From: Saprolegnia diclina VS20
Taxonomy: Eukaryota
Assembly: GCF_000281045.1 (NCBI RefSeq)
Contig: NW_008246138.1
Location: 98,734-162,733 of the forward strand
Length of the DNA: 64,000 nucleotides
Direction of reading: 5' to 3'
Below are positions 62,512-64,000 of this stretch, piece by piece; the stretch's first letter is position 1, and every line of letters begins with the position of its first letter. Below the pieces are notes generated by a model, which was not told the DNA's origin, ran no database searches, and saw only the letters and a list, made by a program, of their open reading frames with translations. Position numbers and translations under genes: made by a program.

Positions 62512-63703
62512 CTACTTGAACATCGCAGCGAGCGACGCATGCAGCGACGTCGGGACATCGCTCATCCAGCCGCCGCAGATCATGAGGCAGATCGAGTCGA
62601 TCTTGTCGAAGTCCTCGCCCAGGATCGTCGCCAACTGGCCGTTGTACAGCGGAGCCAACTACGCATGCACATGTTGCAGTAGATGGATTGATGGAAGGTG
62701 TACCGTGGCGCCGCACGCAGGCTCGACGAGGAACTTGTGGTCGCTTGCAAAGCGGAGGCAAGCAGCGACAGCGTCGTCGTCGCTGACGCTGCTCGCGTGG
62801 ACGCCAAGCTTTTGCGCGTACGCAAACGCGGTCTCTGAGACGGCGGACGCGCCGAGCGACCGCGCCAGCGTGTTGATGCTGCTGAGCGTTACGCGCGAGT
62901 TCGATGCCACAGATTGCTGCATCTTGTTGGCGCCGTGCGTCTCCATGGTGAGCACCTTTGTGGCGCTCCACCCGTACCTAGCGCTCAGAGCAATAAGACA
63001 CCAGCGTACAACGTTCATGCGTACGTTTCCAGGCCCTGGCAAATGCCAGAGAAATACCCGCCACCGCCGACAGCGACGACGACAAGATCGGGCTGCGGCA
63101 TTTGCTGCTTGAGTTCGGCGATCACGCTCGAGTTCCCGTCGCTACGGACAAAAGCATAAGACGACGCTTGCCGTAGAGTTTGAGACGAACACAATGTCGG
63201 GGTGGTCGAACGGCGGGATGTAAGCAACGGTACCTGCCTCCTTGGTGGCCATGAAAGCGGTGGCAGCTTCGTGCGCTTCAAGCCACACCTGCAGTAGTAG
63301 GTGAGTCGCTGCCACGCGCGCTAGAATTGCACCTTGCCCGCGACCTTGACGGTCACACCTTCGACTTCCAGGCGGGCCCGCATGTACGCTGGCGTTGACT
63401 CGGGCACAAAGACCGTCGCAGGCACGCCGAGCTTTTGCGCACTGCAAGCAACAGCGAGACCTGCGTTGCCGCCTGAGCTCGCGATCAAGTGCGTGGCCCC
63501 CCGTTCGACGGCGCGCTGGCACTACACACACAGTGAGTGAGCGTTTTCATGCACGTGCGAGGGCTGTATACCGCGAGGCCGACGCCGCGGAGCTTGAAGC
63601 TGCCCGAGGGCTGGCAGTTGTCGAGCTTGAGGAAGACCTTCTTCTTCGCGAGGTGGCTGAGCACGCGGCTCTCAATCACAGGCGTCACGACGTGCAAGGC
63701 CAT
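62512..63703 (-). CDS. SDS: PLP-dependent L-serine/threonine dehydratase, multi-exon
   Basis: LHVVTP, FLKLDNCQPSGSFKLRG, SSGGNAGLA, YIPPFDHP, VVAVGGGG, LVEPACGA, ICGG. Confidence 0.9.
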
Positions 63704-64000
63704 GGCGGTCGTCGCGCTTGAGGTAAATTTCGGTTGTGATCCCAAGGATTGCAAACTCTGGTGTGGGCAGTGGGATCTTCTGTGAGTGGCCAAAATACAT
63801 ACGAAGCAGCGTGCTCATTGGAAGAAATTGACGGCGGACTGCAAGGTGGGCTTCACCGCAAGCTTCAAGGAGTGATCGCGCCATCACGCCCTCTACGCTA
63901 TCGTGGCCATCGGCAATGGACACGTTGCCGCCTTCGCGCTTGGCAAGTGATGTTCAACCGCATCAAACGAGCGTACAAGACGCCCATTGGATAAAACAAA

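Noticed and set aside
1..64000. Transposons, CRISPR arrays, rRNA/tRNA genes, RxLR/Crinkler effectors
   Set aside because: No transposase/RT motifs, repeat-spacer arrays, recognisable rRNA/tRNA sequences, or signal peptide plus RxLR/LFLAK motifs were seen by eye.

Overview
Gene-dense, GC-rich eukaryotic DNA with many very short (~40-55 nt) GT-AG introns, CCAAT-type promoter boxes and two assembly N-gaps. The gene content (BBS5, CEP41, ARL6-like, VPS13-like, TRP channels) and intron style suggest a flagellated-zoospore oomycete, probably Saprolegniales; this is an inference. About 30 protein-coding genes can be supported. The standout is an 8-exon minus-strand gene (248-4208, ~1219 aa) whose splices I traced in frame. 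It fuses an apparently intact cyclic-nucleotide phosphodiesterase, a voltage-sensor-like S1-S4 module and a ciliate/apicomplexan-type class III adenylyl cyclase that lacks two conserved basic catalytic residues. Other items of note: a tandem pair of TRPV-like channels with a near-identical pore/S6 segment, a VPS13-like protein carrying PDZ/IQ/PH/C2 modules and a CaaX end, a recurrent palindromic promoter motif (GTATCCGGATAC-like), and an inverted pseudogene fragment of a neighbouring transporter. All family assignments come from motif recognition by eye; no database searches were run.
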